Below, in pieces: positions 1-61,200 of a stretch of DNA of 64,000 nucleotides. Every line of letters starts with the position of its first letter. The first letter of the stretch is position 1. Location of the stretch: NCBI GenBank assembly GCA_051362555.1, contig CM120640.1:45052788-45116787 (forward strand). The letters are read 5' to 3'. A program made the position numbers and the translations under genes. Below the pieces are notes generated by a model that saw only the letters and a program-made list of their open reading frames with translations, ran no database searches and was not told where the DNA came from. The stretch comes from Lingula anatina. Taxonomy: Eukaryota; Animalia; Brachiopoda.

Positions 1-50
1 CATGGAAATTGAATATTATATTATGCTTATTTTCAATTCATTTATTGTAG

Positions 51-926
51 AATGAAGTGGGGAGAAGTTTAGAAATTCTAACAGAAAAGGATAATGAAAT
101 AAGAGAAGCTCTTAGGAAAATGGAAAGTCAAAATGACTTAAATATTGATGATGCAGTGGTCACCACAGCCCCATTATATAAGCAGTAAGTAAAAGATCGA
201 CTGAGATTTAATATTCAATTTTGTTTGCTTTCTTATCTTGTCCTATCTGATAACAGAACATAAATTGGCTGTAGAATTGTTTTCTGCACATATCATTTGA
301 TCTATATTGACAAGCAATAAATCAGTATTTGAATCATATTGCCATAAATATTTATGCTTTATCTGTAGTTTTTTTTTTTTTAGATCAGAATGAATATATG
401 TATAAATATTTTGATAACTTGTTTTCCTGTTTTCAGGTTGATGAATGCTTTTGCTGAGGAACAATCAATAGAAGATGCTATATATTATATAGGTGAAGCT
501 CTACGGAAAGGGGTTATTGATCTGGATGTATTTCTCAAGGTGCCTTTAAATTTATTGTTCAACAAAAGTATTTCTATACAAAAATGAAATTGATGCTAGA
601 AAAAATGTATTATCCTCAGAAATATAGAACACATTTATGTGATAACAAATCTATTTCTTTTCATACCTGGTCCATTGTATAACAGAAAAATTAATTAAGT
701 TAATTTGTCAGTCATTAACTTTTTCACTGTTTCATATACAAATCAAGATATTTGTTTATGAAACTGTAATCTATACATTGATATGTTGCTTAAAGTTGAC
801 CTATTGAATAACAGATGATTATCACTTATTTTGCAGCAAGTCAGAGAGTTGTCACGACAGCAGTTCATGCTTAGAGCCCTTATTCAAAAATGCAGGCAAA
901 AAGCTGGCTTACCAGAAATAGGATAA
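51..926 (+). CDS. TSG101: Tumor susceptibility gene 101 (ESCRT-I subunit), 3' part: exons 51-184, 437-539, 837-926; the 5' part lies outside the window
   Basis: The spliced translation NEVGRSLEIL...IDDAVVTTAPLYKQ/LMNAFAEEQSIEDAIYYIGEALRKGVIDLDVFLK/QVRELSRQQFMLRALIQKCRQKAGLPEIG* matches the TSG101 C-terminal steadiness box. Introns are GT-AG, phases are consistent, and the stop TAA is at 924-926. Confidence 0.96.
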
Positions 927-1812
927 TTGGCAAACAACTACATGCAGAACTGTGCTTTGATGTCTGAATGACTGATAACAATTGTGATAAATCAACTGCC
1001 CTTGCTTCAGCTGATACTTTTAATGATGGATCTTCTAATCAGAAAAAAATCTGATGTTGAATAAAATGTTATTATAATCCATAGAAACCCAAGTCTCCAT
1101 GTTCATATACTGCAGTGGGCGTGCTCTGATAGAGAACCTTTTAGAGTTGACCATATGGAAGACATCGGATGAGTTTCACAAAAGTCAGAAATTAAGAATA
1201 TATCGTATATACCCCAGCCTGATTAGACAATTATTTTGTATAGTTCTGGCATAATGAAATTGTCTTGCTTCAATGAAGCACAGAAGATTTTTCTAGCAGG
1301 TAGGCAAATGCTGTTGGTTCTTTTGAATTTTCTCAATTGATGTATTACGACATCATTGCATGAAAGTTCCATTTCTTTTGTCAAGTATTGGGTAACTTTT
1401 TTTCCTCAAAGATTCCCTAGAAATGTATATTTTCATAAATTTTTACTGAATGGGAAAGGAATTCACAGAAAAGTAAAGTCATATTAACTGCTTTTATTTG
1501 TAAACTATATAGGTAAACTTTGTGATGTAAGTGTTCACATTCATTATTTTCTTGAAAGATGTCAGCATGGTGTAGTGAATAAATTGGAAATTATTATAAA
1601 ATGTATGACAGCCTAATTATATCACTATCTATATGTTTTTGTTAGTTATCTTCTGGAAGTGAAAATTCCTCTTTCATGAGATGATAAAAAGGACAAGTCT
1701 GTTATTTCATCTGTTTTTTATTCATATAAAAGCTAGATTTATTCATAACTGATTAACTGTATTCCCTCTAACTAAACGAAGATTTCGGGTTTATGATGAT
1801 CTATTCTGTATG

Positions 1813-1818
1813 AATAAA
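1813..1818 (+). terminator. Candidate TSG101 polyadenylation signal (another AATAAA at 1060-1065)
   Basis: AATAAA downstream of the stop codon. Which signal is used cannot be determined from sequence alone. Confidence 0.35.
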
Positions 1819-2192
1819 ATATAAAATTTTGTGCATGCATGTACAGTTTTACACTTGTGGCTGAAATTAGTTCATTAAAGCACAGATAATGCCTTATACC
1901 ATAAGATGTTAATATAAGCAGAATCTTAGGATAAAGGTTCTCTTCGAGTTGTAAATTTTATTCAATGTTAATGAGGAAAGCACCAAAAGGAGCATAAAAA
2001 TTGGGAAATGGTGTGAGAAAAAGAAGAAAACCTAAGTTACATGGACTAAAATGATTTCAGTGTTCTAGACAAAAGAAACACTGTAAGTATACATCTATGC
2101 AGTAAGGGAACAAGTCATTACATGAAAATGCTTTAATACATTTCTTTAATCAACTTCCCGTGATTGATTCAGAAGTACTAGTATGAAATATG

Positions 2193-2365
2193 GGGGCATC
2201 TTGATAGTCTGAAGGTTCATTGGTCCGAAGGTTCATTGGTCCGAAAAGTGGTAACATTATCATCGATTTTTTAATCAAGGGTTCATTGGTCCGAAGGTTC
2301 TATAGTGAACATTCGGACCAATGAACCTTCGGACTATTGAACCCTCGGACTATCACTACGGCCCC
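2193..2365. mobile_element. 173-bp MITE with a 9-bp target-site duplication (Mutator-like by TSD length)
   Basis: Starts GGGGC and ends GCCCC. The arms are inverted arrays of a 16-bp unit (gaaggttcattggtcc). The direct repeat tgaaatatg lies at 2184-2192 and 2366-2374. Confidence 0.8.
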
Positions 2366-2769
2366 TGAAATATGGAGTAAGTGCTATGCCAAAAATATTT
2401 CAGTAAAAGCAAAAGATCAAATGTGTTTATTTTAGGCTTAGTGTTCTTGAAATATTTAAATAAATTTAAAATGCCAATAGTACTGTGGATATTAGTATCT
2501 GGTGTGTCTGAGTGATGGCTCACAGAAAAGTTGCAATGTACATGTAAGGTTACACAAAGTAGGATTGTTTTGATGCCCAAAAGAAAAGTTGAAAATAAAC
2601 AATATTAAACAATATGTGCTGTTATATTTTCAATTCAAAAAGATACGATTCAGCAAAAAGAAATGTCTCTATTCGCCTGCAATTGATAATTTGTGAGCAC
2701 CTGTCCAAGTTACTATGACACTAAGAAGTAAATGTGAAAGTAAGAGTTTGGTTGGCTTCTGGGGTCACA

Positions 2770-3204
2770 TACATCGTTATTAAAACACGGAAGTTATTTT
2801 CATCTTTTCCTAAAAGAGATTCTGTCGCGGAAAACTAAAATTATTTAAAAGTTAAACAAACACTTATTAATTGATCTATTCACAAAATTTCTAAAACTCT
2901 TAAAGTTGAGAAGTGTCATTTTACTTTGCTCTAAGCGCCACACAAGCGCGGCCACGACAGAGGCATTTGCAGACGTCAATACTCCTACACTTGGAGTCGA
3001 GCTTCCCACACAATGGATTTCTTTTAACGAGGATTCTCTATTGCAGAATAACATCTACTGCCATAAGCTAAAAGCTTTAAAAGACCAAAGTAGCAATGTG
3101 TTACTTGTTGCTTGAGACCTAAATCTATCGTTATGTACTGATGTTGATCATAGGTTTGCTGACATCGGGTAGCTATCTTAGACACGAAGTTATACAGCTG
3201 CAAT
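2770..3204 (+). promoter_or_regulatory. Putative ARFGEF3 promoter / 5' UTR (CpG-retaining region)
   Basis: Locally high CpG in a CpG-depleted background, directly upstream of the ATG. Contains ETS-like CGGAAGT (~2788), E2F-like CGCGGAAAA (~2826) and CRE-like GACGTCA (~2972). Confidence 0.55.
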
Positions 3205-35126
<31,922 letters not shown>

Positions 35127-37704
35127 ACTTAAAAGAAGAAATTTGCTATTACATTTGAGGACAACTTTGAATTGGTGACTCTGGTATAGAGGGATAAATA
35201 TCTTCAGTTATATTTAAGAAATGGAAACATTACTGGTTAACACATTAATGTGCATAAAAGCCACATAATTAGAAGCAAAAAAAAAAAAATCAAATAGTGT
35301 TACTACTTTAAGCACATCAAAGGAACTTGATTGGTAGCAAATAAGAGCTTAGACATGGCAAAAACTAGCTTCAAGAAAGTGAAACACTTAACCACAGTAC
35401 AAATATTGGCATTTTTATTTTTTTCTCATTTTTATTTATTCGTTTTTGGTTTGTTAGGGTAATGCATTATGGATTAATTCTCTGTAACTCCAGTTTAGCA
35501 TGAACAAAATAATGCATTTCAGCTTTTACTGTACATCAGAGGTAACTTGATGGGTATCATATGAGTGCTTTTCAAGGGCAGAAATAAAAATTAGCATGTT
35601 GGATAGAGTTTAACTGTGTAATCAGTAATGCTGACAAAATACATAGATCTACCGTTAAACGTGTTGTTAGCAATAAGGTAAATCTAGAAAATGTTGAGAA
35701 ATGTGCTTCTTAAAAATATTATGGAATATGAGTAAACAAGTATGTTTGGCAAGCGTGTATAATTGTACTGTGTGAGGCTTCAGTTCCTTTGAGGAACATA
35801 ATAAACTCAGTCATATTACAGACCATAATGTTTTAAGGACTGTGAAAGTGTGACATGTTTTTTTGGGTTACATGTTCACTGCTTTGACAATCAGAGCATG
35901 GTCTCCAAAACATTCAGCACTTGTGTATTCAGTTGCTTAACAAACAGTATTATATAAATGGGAATTTTATTAGAGGCTATTTGATACAGTAGGTGAGAGG
36001 TATGTTTATATCTAAGCATAAAGAAAAACAACTTATGAAAAGGAAAGCCAAGACATGTTCTCCTTTTGTGGAGCAGTTTTAAAAAGTAACAGAATCGGAA
36101 AGCGTAAACAATTTGTTTTGGGATAGAAGGCAGGAGAAATCTACCTATATTTTTTAATTTCATGAAAAATTAGACATAAACAGTTTTGGCCCAAAAAATG
36201 ACAATTTACCATTACTGTGAAGAAATGTTATAGTCATGATTATTGTTAAGTGTTACTGTTACTGTAAACTATTTAATTGAATGTTTTTGGGGTGTCTTTG
36301 CTATCTTAATGCAATGAACAAACAGTGTCTAGGCTCTCTATTTAAATAAGAACCTACATGTACATTTACTGGGTTCTAGATTCAAACTTCACTTTATTTT
36401 TGTATTTGTATTTACCTGCCGTGTAAGATACCCATGTTTATAACTAAACACATCCTACACATTCTGGCTTCAGATTTAATTTGTTGCCAAACTGAAGGCA
36501 TTTGATATGGGGCTCCAATGTACATGTATAATTTATCCTTGGAATGGGTATTGATTTTTTTCTTTACACCATAAGGAGGCAAGTTTTTGGGTTTTTTTTT
36601 TTTTTTTTTGGTTTAAATTCAGTTTCATCTTACATAACAGGAAAGAGTGGGGATTTCCAGTTGTGTGGTATATTTGTTATCAGTTAATTTGTGTGTACGT
36701 GACTGTGGGCGTCTCAACAGCTTGTTTATATTCTTGAATTTTGTTTCAACATGAAAAAAATTTATTTCTTTTTGTATTATGGTTTTGTTTTTATGCTTTT
36801 AAAGTATCACAAGAGGGATCAAAATGTTTACTTAAACATAATATTGTAATCATTTTGTTTTGCTTGTTGGAAATTAAATGTTGTGATAAACAAGGATATG
36901 ATACTTTGTATTTTTGCATTTGGGTCATTTAATGATTTTTATTATAATTTTCCTTTTTTGTGTGCAATTTGTGTCACAACTGTTATTCAGTTACATATCT
37001 ATTGGTTGTATGAAACCAAATTTCACAAGCTCTTATGGGCGATAAACTTATAAACCTTTTATTGAAGCAAAATTAAGCTTCTTAGAAAATTTAATTTGCA
37101 AGAATTTTTGTTAAGAAAACCACCCTAACTTAATAAGATTCTGTTAGTGGTTCAGTATAAGTGCATGCCTAAATTAGTGTTTACGGCGAATTGATTGGTT
37201 TTTAACAGTTTCAAAGAGCCTACAAAGCAGCTGAGGCACAACCACAAGTGCTGCAGTGGTTAGGCTGCGGCATATCCATGGGGGAAGAAAAAAATATGTA
37301 CTTTTTTAAAAATGAACATTTTGGAAAGATCACCACGTTTGAAGCTAGTGAGAGAGAATTTCAATACTCAACATGGATCTTAAATCACACTCTCGTCTCT
37401 TGAGAACAGTGTAAATGGTCTTAACTCGATATTTTTGGTTGAAATAGGGGATGCAGAAAATAAAACTTCGTCAAATTTTCTGTGGGATTTTCAGGAATTG
37501 TAAAATTCAATTTTTTCTTTATGGCTGTTGTAGAAAGGGAGTCTCTCAGAATTTTAATATAAAATTATATTTTGTTAAGTATTTGACTTTTTTTTTTTTT
37601 GAAGTACCCTGTTTAAAATTTCTTTAAAATCAAGTTCAAATGAAATGCATATGCCTTACATTATTACACATATAAGACCAACAGTTGTTACATGTTACAC
37701 ATGG

Positions 37705-37710
37705 TTTATT
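37705..37710 (-). terminator. Candidate RUNX polyadenylation signal
   Basis: AATAAA on the minus strand about 2.1 kb past the RUNX stop codon. An alternative lies at 37058-37063. Confidence 0.35.
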
Positions 37711-38815
37711 TAAAAATGTTTGATTCCACTGGTAGAATACAGACTATAACACTAGCTTGTAAATAATAAGTAAAGACTCTCTCACTAAAGCAGACTATAT
37801 GATGCAGACTACATTGCATAGCAAATTTAGGCATCAGTGGCTATTGAAAACCTGCACTTAAGGAAAAGCCCAGAAAGTATCTATCTCCAAAATGTAAAAC
37901 TGCAACTCCTATACATACAAATTTAACATTCTGACTATACCAACATTTAGCTCTTGAATGAAAGTGGAAATATCCATATAACAAAAGATGCTGGATAAGC
38001 TTGACCATTGTCCACTCTACACTGACCAGTCTCTGACTAGCTTTCAGATATGCTCACTGACCAGCAGTAAGAAACAGTCTGTCTCTAATCTGTTGTGCTC
38101 TGCACAAAGACTTTCAATACCAAAATAATTCTTACCTTGACAAGCCCTCTGTAGAAAAAAAAAATTATCTTACTTATCATTACAAAGCTACAGCAAAAAA
38201 TTTGCTTTTTCAACCATGTGGTGCAAGTTTTCAATAGCTGCATATTATATACTCAAATGCCTGATGCTTAAGAAAGTTAATATACAATTTCACCATTTAT
38301 TGACACGTAAATATTTCTTTAAAAAAAATTCACAAAATGTACCAAAAGTGGGAACCCTGTTAAGACGTTGCACAACACAGAGAAGGAATGAAGTAATTCC
38401 AGCACCATTATAGCCCCCTCCTGTGCTTTTCTTTTCTTAACTTCTATCAAAATCTTATACATTAAAAATCTCTTCTGTTCTTTGAGAACAAACAAACCCC
38501 TTATATATATATATAAAAAACATTCTTCACAAATTGACATCACTTTAGCGAGAACAGCCAAAACCACTTTTTCTCTGTCTCCTCATACATTTTACTTTTG
38601 ATTTCTGTCGGAAAGCGACTACTCAGATATACTGAAGCAAATATTAAGACATCTGTTTCTACATCCTTAATGGGTAAAAGGATAATACATGCATTACTAA
38701 AGACTGAGCTCTGGAATGACTCCACCAAAAGTGAAGATGTTTGTATACATTTTGCATTGTCATGTTGATCCTCATTCAGAAACAGTGACTTAAGTATGTG
38801 GTATACACACACATG

Positions 38816-38846
<31 letters not shown>

Positions 38847-39783
38847 TAGATGGAAAGTTGAAAATGTCTGCCACTCAAAGTCTAAATAGTTGTATGTGTT
38901 GACATTATACTTACAAAACAACAGATTGTGCTGTTACATGAATGTAAGTTTAAATTTCCATCACAACACCCAGTTTCACCTGCACATGATACTTACTATA
39001 TTTATAATACAAATAAAGAGAAAATGAAAAAAAATCCACATTGTTAAAGTAAATCCTTCTGTATTTCATGCATTAAATAACCCTCCACTAATATACATGT
39101 TTTCAGTTTCAACCAAATCTGGCTCACTGCCAAGGTAATGACTAGTCTCAAAAGTAAAGAGAGTATTCGAGTTTATCCTCATATGTGTCTACATACAAAC
39201 ATCCTTTTACATCCTTAATCATTAACTTAAAGGTCATACACATAAACAAAGCAAACATAGAAAACATGAGATCATGAACGGGTACACTGCAAAGAGAAAT
39301 ATTTTCACGACACAAGGCACTATACTTTGGTAAATGGCTTTAGTTTTCAGAGACATGAGAAATGGTCCTGTGTGCACACTTGAGTTCAATAAATAAAGCA
39401 CAAACACACTGGGTACGGCACCACAGTAACACCAGTGACAAGTCAGAGTGAATAATAATGATAATAAAGATTCATACTTGTAAATGCAGTGCTTTACACC
39501 CTCCTTTCTCTCTCTCTCTCTCTCACTCTCTTTCTGTCTTTCTCTTGTATACAATACTGGTTCAAATCAAATATTATGTATAAACCCCATGTATATAAAT
39601 TCTGCTAGGGTTTTCTATGTCACTATCCTCATAGTGCTGTCTGCCCTAAAGTGTCTCTGCCTTATGAGGCAGCCAAGCTTCCAGTACAAGCTGCCTACTG
39701 ACAGTCACATGGCTTACAAATGAGCACATATAGTGTCCCTAATTTTACCAAAATCGTTCATCAGTTCCATCCAGTCCATATAG

Positions 39784-54500
<14,717 letters not shown>

Positions 54501-56879
54501 TATCAATATCAGTTTGTGTGACACATGTCAGCAACAATACCAATTATAAAAAGAGAAATAAAGAATTTTAACCTTGAAGTTTCTTTATCTACAGTGCCTT
54601 CCAAATTCTCTTTGTTGTTCTACAACATGTGACAAATCACATGCCAAATGCCCCAAGGTTTTAGCTCTTTTGTTGGACTTAACGTTTTTTTTTTTTTTTT
54701 TGACGGAGTGCATTTTTGATGGAATGCAGCCTCCATTTTGCTTCACTCACAAATGACATTTTTTTTAAAAAAGAAATTAACCTGACAAAATGTATAATTT
54801 TTTATTTGAGCACAGATTTCAGATTTTCAAGCAATTTTTTACGAGTCTTGTAAAATTGATTTAGTTCAGTCTTTAGCTTTTTTGCAAACATTTTTTGAAA
54901 CTTCAAAGTTTTGAAAAAACTGACATTGCCTGTACTCCAAGTTTTAATACTTATTTAACTAATGAATATAATCCTGCATTATACAACAGTGCAACTCCTT
55001 GTTCTTTACCTATGATTAAGCCTATACATTAAAATTTTGTGTAGTAGAAACCCTTGGCCTTGGTGCATTGAAAAGCATATGTATTTAAAGACTTAAATGG
55101 CTTCCCAACAGACCCATGCCTTCTAACCCTCTTCTAGTGCCAATTGGCAACATTAAGTGCTATTATTGTACATCATAGCTCCAATGCAAGCACATGTAAC
55201 ATGCCACTTTAGAAAGACATTATACCTTTTTTCCTCTATCAATCACTATTCCATGTATGAATTTTATGTACGTACATCTTTTGGGTTATTGTCACTCGTA
55301 AATATATTTACTGAAACTGTAGATTCTACAGTTTATAAACAATTTAAGCTTCATTTTTAAAATTTCACTAGTTGGTCTTGTGTTAATTATTTTTGTATGC
55401 TTCATAAATTTATCAGTTTGATTTATTTCCATTTGATATATCACATCCTCTTCAAAAATGAATTGAGATTAGGATTGCAGTGACAAAATATGCATGAAAA
55501 TATTACATTTAAATGAGGCAGTTTCTTAAAAGTCACCATACAGTGATGAGTACTAGTACTTTTCATGTCTGACTCATTATTCTTTAAAGTATCCATAAAT
55601 ATATTTTGATAATTAAGGGCTGATCTTTAAAAGGTTGCCATTTAATGTGCTTTTGCTCCCATCTTTAAGTAAAGTTGCAAATTAGAAATTGATTTTAGAT
55701 TCCTAAAAGATACCTTGATTGTGATAACACACTGGAAATTTTCCTCCATGAATTAAGTGGGTTAACTGTAATGTCCCTCTAATATGGATGCAAAAATCTC
55801 ATGCTTTAAAACTGACAAATCTGTAGCAAACACCTGTTGCTGTTAATTTTAATGGCTTTTGAGTTTCAGAAAATGCTAATGGCTTGCTTACCTGGAGTTG
55901 TTGTGTAATATCATTAGTACCATCATCACGGTTTCAGTCTGTACAGAAAAGATGAGCAATGTGCATATTGCACATGTATCATATTTCAACACACTGGCAT
56001 AATTTCAAAATAAGTTTTGGCAGATTGCCCGTGCTGTCGTCGGCCACCTATATTCCATCTAAATAATAAGAGCCTGCATTATGAACAACTCGAGCTGTGT
56101 TTGGTGATGTTTTAAGCAGTGGAAAATGTGCATGATGTATGTTATTGATCTTTTAAAAGATTTGGGTCACATTGTCATGGTAGTGGTTGATTACAAAATG
56201 ATTACCCTGAATACCTGAGGTTGGGGACAAGTCTGTGGTTACTGGTTTCATCATTGGTTCTATATTTACTCTACATGTACATGCATATACTATTTATTTA
56301 CAGAGCCTAGTGTGAAAACCATTCACCAATAAAGGAAGAGTCTCTCATGTTTGCAAGGAAAGGTAAGATATGTGGTACCAAACAGAGGAAATGGATATTT
56401 CATTATGATCATATTTCTGTGTGTGACATCTCCATTACCCTTGGAAGGAAGATGTTAGATACAATTATTTGTTTAGCATATACCTGGAGATATAAATTAG
56501 AAAGGGGAATCTTGGTTTGATACAGCAAAACCTACATGATGATATCTAGTAATGCATTGATTAGGATGCATCTGCCTGAGTACTACATGTACGGTAGTCT
56601 GCTTTTCTTATTCTTGTAAAGTGAAATTGAATCTGTCTACTTCTATATTAATCATCTTCCCGTTTTTTCGTTTTCTTTCTATGTTAACTACCAGTATGTA
56701 GTCTTCCTGTTTTCTTCACTTTGTTTTTCAAAATATGATAAAATGAAACCCTGATTGAACTTGAAATGTTTTATTACTTATAAGAAATGTTTTATTCCTT
56801 ATAAGTGGCAAACTGAACTGAACTGACCAGGGGCTAGTGCTCTGATAGGGCTGTTATTGGCCATTGGAGCTGACCAGTC

Positions 56880-56998
56880 ATGGAACACGCGGGAATGGAA
56901 AGCCCTCCAGCAAGGGTGCGGAAACACGATTCTCCTCACCAGGGGACTTTATCCAAGTCCCATGAGGCGTGGTTTGCTACGGAGATTCAGCAGATGAT
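56880..56998 (+). CDS. SUPT3H: Transcription initiation protein SPT3 homolog (SAGA subunit), first coding exon; the gene continues beyond the window
   Basis: Translates MEHAGMESPPARVRKHDSPHQGTLSKSHEAWFATEIQQM(M), followed by AT|GTAAGT. FATEIQQMM matches the start of the SPT3 histone fold (human SFATELQSMM as I recall it), with a phase-2 intron at the equivalent position. The location opposite RUNX fits the known synteny. Confidence 0.85.
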
Positions 56999-58160
56999 GT
57001 AAGTAATTTTTTTCTTTTGTAGTTTGTGGTAGACAGTCATTTACTTATTTATTTATTTATTGTTTTGTTTTGGTTTGTTTCCTGGTATCAGGTGGGAAAA
57101 TGAGCTTGTTCCTTCTGAAATTACCATCAAACATGAGATAAACCCATTATTTGATCATGACTTCCACTCGGCAATCTTTTATTTGATAAGATGTTTGAAA
57201 TCACTCATCTCTATTTATGGCACCTGTTTACCTTAGAAAGAATGAAAAAAGATAAACGGTGACAAAAAGAAAAAATTAATTTGCCCCCACAAGGTAAGAT
57301 TATATTGTACTGCAGTTTTCAGTTATAAACACATTGTTAATTTCCTGTCATAGGTAAGAGAAAAAAGACCTAAGATGAATGTGAGAAGCTCTAACTGATC
57401 TGTTATTTCATGCAAAATGTCGAGATGGATGAGCTAATTGCCAATTTGATGGCAATGGCAATTAGAAGTTGTAACCTGAATAACCATTTCTAGGTAATGT
57501 GACACAAGGCTTCGTGACTTGATATTTTTTAATATCAGTGGTTGGGTAGTTGTTTGCAGTGATCTTTCTGGGGTCACTCTAGCAATACTTTTGTTGCAGA
57601 CTTTGGAAAAAATAGGTGAAATTTTAAGTCAAAATAGGGATGAATTGGCAATTATATATTATGCAATTATGTAACAAAATTTAAAATTCACCAAAACAAT
57701 ACTGCTGGTTTGAAAAAAAATTTTTTTTCTGAATAATAAAAAGCAGACAATTAGATAAAGAAAATTGCTTCCATTCAAAAATTCTGATACCCCCCCCCCC
57801 CCTTAAAACCCTGTGTCACCTGAACTGAGTGAACTGAGTTTACAGTGGTGAGCACAGCGTGGTATCAGGAAACTGTTACGTCATGGTGTCTGTGGTTAAC
57901 TGGCTGTCACCGGTGCCTTTAGGCCAAGATTTCAGCTGTGCATTATCAAAAATTAGTTTAATATTATGCACTGACATTACCTGGTAAATGGCCAAAATGA
58001 ATGGATGAAAAATTTGAATTTCAAATCCTGATGCTATTTCTGTAATGAAATAAATTTCACCAGATTTTATTAAAAGTTATTCTGGTCATTGTCAGTTCAG
58101 TTTTGTATAAAAAGTTTTATTTTCTGCTGAGTACTGTTTATTTCATTTGTCATGAAAGCG

Positions 58161-58279
58161 TATATATTATATTATATTATATTATATTATATTATATTAT
58201 ATTATATTATATTATATTATATTATATTATATTATATTATATTATATTATATTATATTATATTATATTATATTATATTA
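58161..58279. repeat. (ATATT)n pentanucleotide microsatellite
   Basis: Seen directly, more than 20 units. Confidence 0.97.
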
Positions 58280-61200
58280 CTGTGAGTAAAGGTTCTTCCT
58301 CTTGTATTGGTTATTGAAGCAACACTCTTCAGCGAACAACAGTATGTGGTAAAATATTAAGTGTTTTTCAGGAAAATATATCTGCCAAAAATACATTTTG
58401 TAATAGAATTTCAAGCAAAACATGTCACCTGAGCTCTACTATTTTAACACCTAATCCAAGTAAGTGACATTGTTATTGGTATCACAAGCACATGTCTGAC
58501 TGATCACTTTAGAATAAGGTGAACCCATTGCTGCAGTATCTTTATCCAGTCAGTAATGCAGCCAAGCAACACTACTGTTTTTTTTCTTTTTGTTGTTTTT
58601 GTCATCTAGGAAATGAATGATGTATCTAAAACCTGATGCAGGATTCTTTCATGTGTGTTGTTTGTTTGAATATTTCCCCCCAAGTTTCCAATGGTTCTGA
58701 TGTCTATTATGTGTAAGTAGGTGGTACGTAGTCTCATCAAGGACAGCACTTCATTTATAAGTGTCCATTATATCTACCTGTGGGTGGTGCAGTGTGGTGT
58801 AATGTAGTGCTTATGTAGTAATTACCATCTAGAGCCACCTGCAATATCTTTTTCCCCTTTTTTTAAGGAACTCCTTAAGAATGCTCCTCTTAGAGTGTTT
58901 ATCCTGTGATTAGTAGGACTGCAAAAAAATAGGAAGTGATTGTCTGATGTTGTGAAGAGAACTCCCACCCCCACCCAAAGACATTGTACTATGTGATAAG
59001 CATCTAGAGTGAAAGTGTATGATTAAAAATTTTGATAAAACTGTTAAACGTATTCACACCTTCATTGGAGTTTACATGTCAATGAAGCAAGTGATGGTTT
59101 TGAACTTTCTTGTGGCTTAGGATTCTTGAAGTTGCTAAAACTGAGGTTACTTAATCAGGTTGCCATATGTCTCTGTTCTTTATGTCAATTGTGAGCGTGA
59201 TATAATTTTGTAATTCAACTTGGAACACTGGAGACACATAGGTGCCAACTGTTCCTCATATCCAGATGCTGTTTATTTGGGAGCAATCTCATCTTCTCAT
59301 TATTTTTTTTGCCAGAAGCCCTTAGTGCTAACTATTTTAAAACCACAACTTCCAGAGAACACCTGGCTAGAAAACCAAAGTTCTGACCAATTTTCAGATC
59401 TGCACCTGCTGTAATTTCATGTAAAGTTATGAATCACTGAGAGAAAGCTGCAAACAATGGCCAGGTATTATAGTTGAAAACATGTTTGTCAGTGGAAAGT
59501 TTTCAAATTTAATATGTCAAGTGGCTTTTGAATTTTAAGGTCTTGTGACTGAAAATTTCATTCTTTACTATCTTTTTATTACTTAACCTCAAACAATGGA
59601 AAGGAATTACAGCTGAGCTGCTACACTTGTTAACTAGCTTTTCTTGAAGATTGACTCAAGTGGTTATTTGAATTAATTTACCTTTAAACCTTTAAAGCAT
59701 TTGCTGGATTGGGTCTTGTAATTTAAGAATATTTAAATTAATCTATTTACTTTTAGACAGATCTTTGGTTTCGATTTCTACCTTTGTGAGGTTCTCACAT
59801 GTTGGAAACAAACAAAGGACAAGTGGAGAAAAAAAGTTATGGGGGAGACAAAGACAAGTTCCAGGTGACAAAATGACATTTTCAAGAGTGAAAGAGGGAA
59901 AGGAAGGCGTGGGCTGGGGAGGGAAAATAACACATGTGCTGCCACCTACTGCCCAGTATTCATGTTTGTGGGCCTAACTGAAATACAACATAACTCAATA
60001 ATGTTTTATGAAACAGAATAACTTAAGAATTTCAGTCAGGGGTTTAAAGAAAAATAGAAGTGCCGGGAACAAGGATGAACAATTAAATGAGGAAAAAGTT
60101 GTTTCTGATTTACTGGCTCATCTAACCACATAGCTTTAAAGAGATTTGATAATGCTCTTATAACAATCAAATATACCACAATGCATATACTGCTTGAAGC
60201 TTCCTGACTCCAAACTGGCTGATTATCTTACCACAATTCTTTTACGAAACATTGCAGTCTGAAAGATTAGGGCAATTAAGGGACTTAATCTTGAATTTAA
60301 TCACCTTTGCTTTCTTCTGATTGCATAAGACTTCAGACTAGGTCAGGTTGAAGATTTTGTTCACAAAATTGGGTGATTGGTTTTATTAAATTGAACAGAT
60401 GTTTCTTTGTTTGTTTTGTTTTTTATTCCAGTGTATTTATGATTATTCTGAAAACAAGATTCCTGGCTTAAAGGTTTCTTGAAGTTAAATAGCATAAAAT
60501 ATTACTTTTTTGTAAAACATCTAAAAGTACATTTTACATATAAGCTAAATTTTTCACAAAATTGCAACTTGATGAATGGACAAAATTACTTAAGACCTTA
60601 ATGTTTACTGGATTTTAGCTTTTGCTCTATATCAGTATGTTTTATTTTTATTTTTCTATGGTGAATATGCATAAAATGTTGTGATTAAAAGTGTTTGTGG
60701 TTAAAGAGGTTGGATTGCTAAACATTTAAGTTAAATGTTGAACATCAGATTCAAATATTGTGGATTTTGTCAACCAACTCTTTTATAACACTAAAGAGCA
60801 ATATTTGAAGACAATTTGATGGTGTGTATGGTGTATAAAGTCATTATGCATTGTGGGCAGGCTAAGACTGTTCCCGTTCTCCTCATGCACTATGAGCTAG
60901 TACATGTGGCTTCTGTTATTGAGTTTAAGGAGGCTCTGTCAATTTTACACACAGTGGGTTTAATTTTCTGAAACCTTTTAAAAGAGCTAATGGAAACAAG
61001 TGATCTGCCTACTGTATCCTCCCTCTGTGCTGTTTCTTAACCTTATTTGTCCTAGCAATTTGGTAATCTCACAATCTTAATATGCACCTTTTAAGGTAAG
61101 CAGACCTAGGCCTGACATTGTTTTACCTTATCAAAAGGTGGAAGTCAATTTTGAGGTCATGTTATAAAACATGTTTAATTTAAAAAAATGCCTTTAAATG

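Noticed and set aside
55892-55930. Strong minus-strand donor CAG|GTAAGC as a Runx P1 coding exon
   Set aside because: The ATG-containing frame ends in phase 2, and the required phase-1 frame has stops. It could only be non-coding.
60232-60252. Minus-strand mini-exon MFRKRIV|gtaag as a Runx P1 exon
   Set aside because: It ends in phase 0, which is incompatible with the phase-1 acceptor at 52442.
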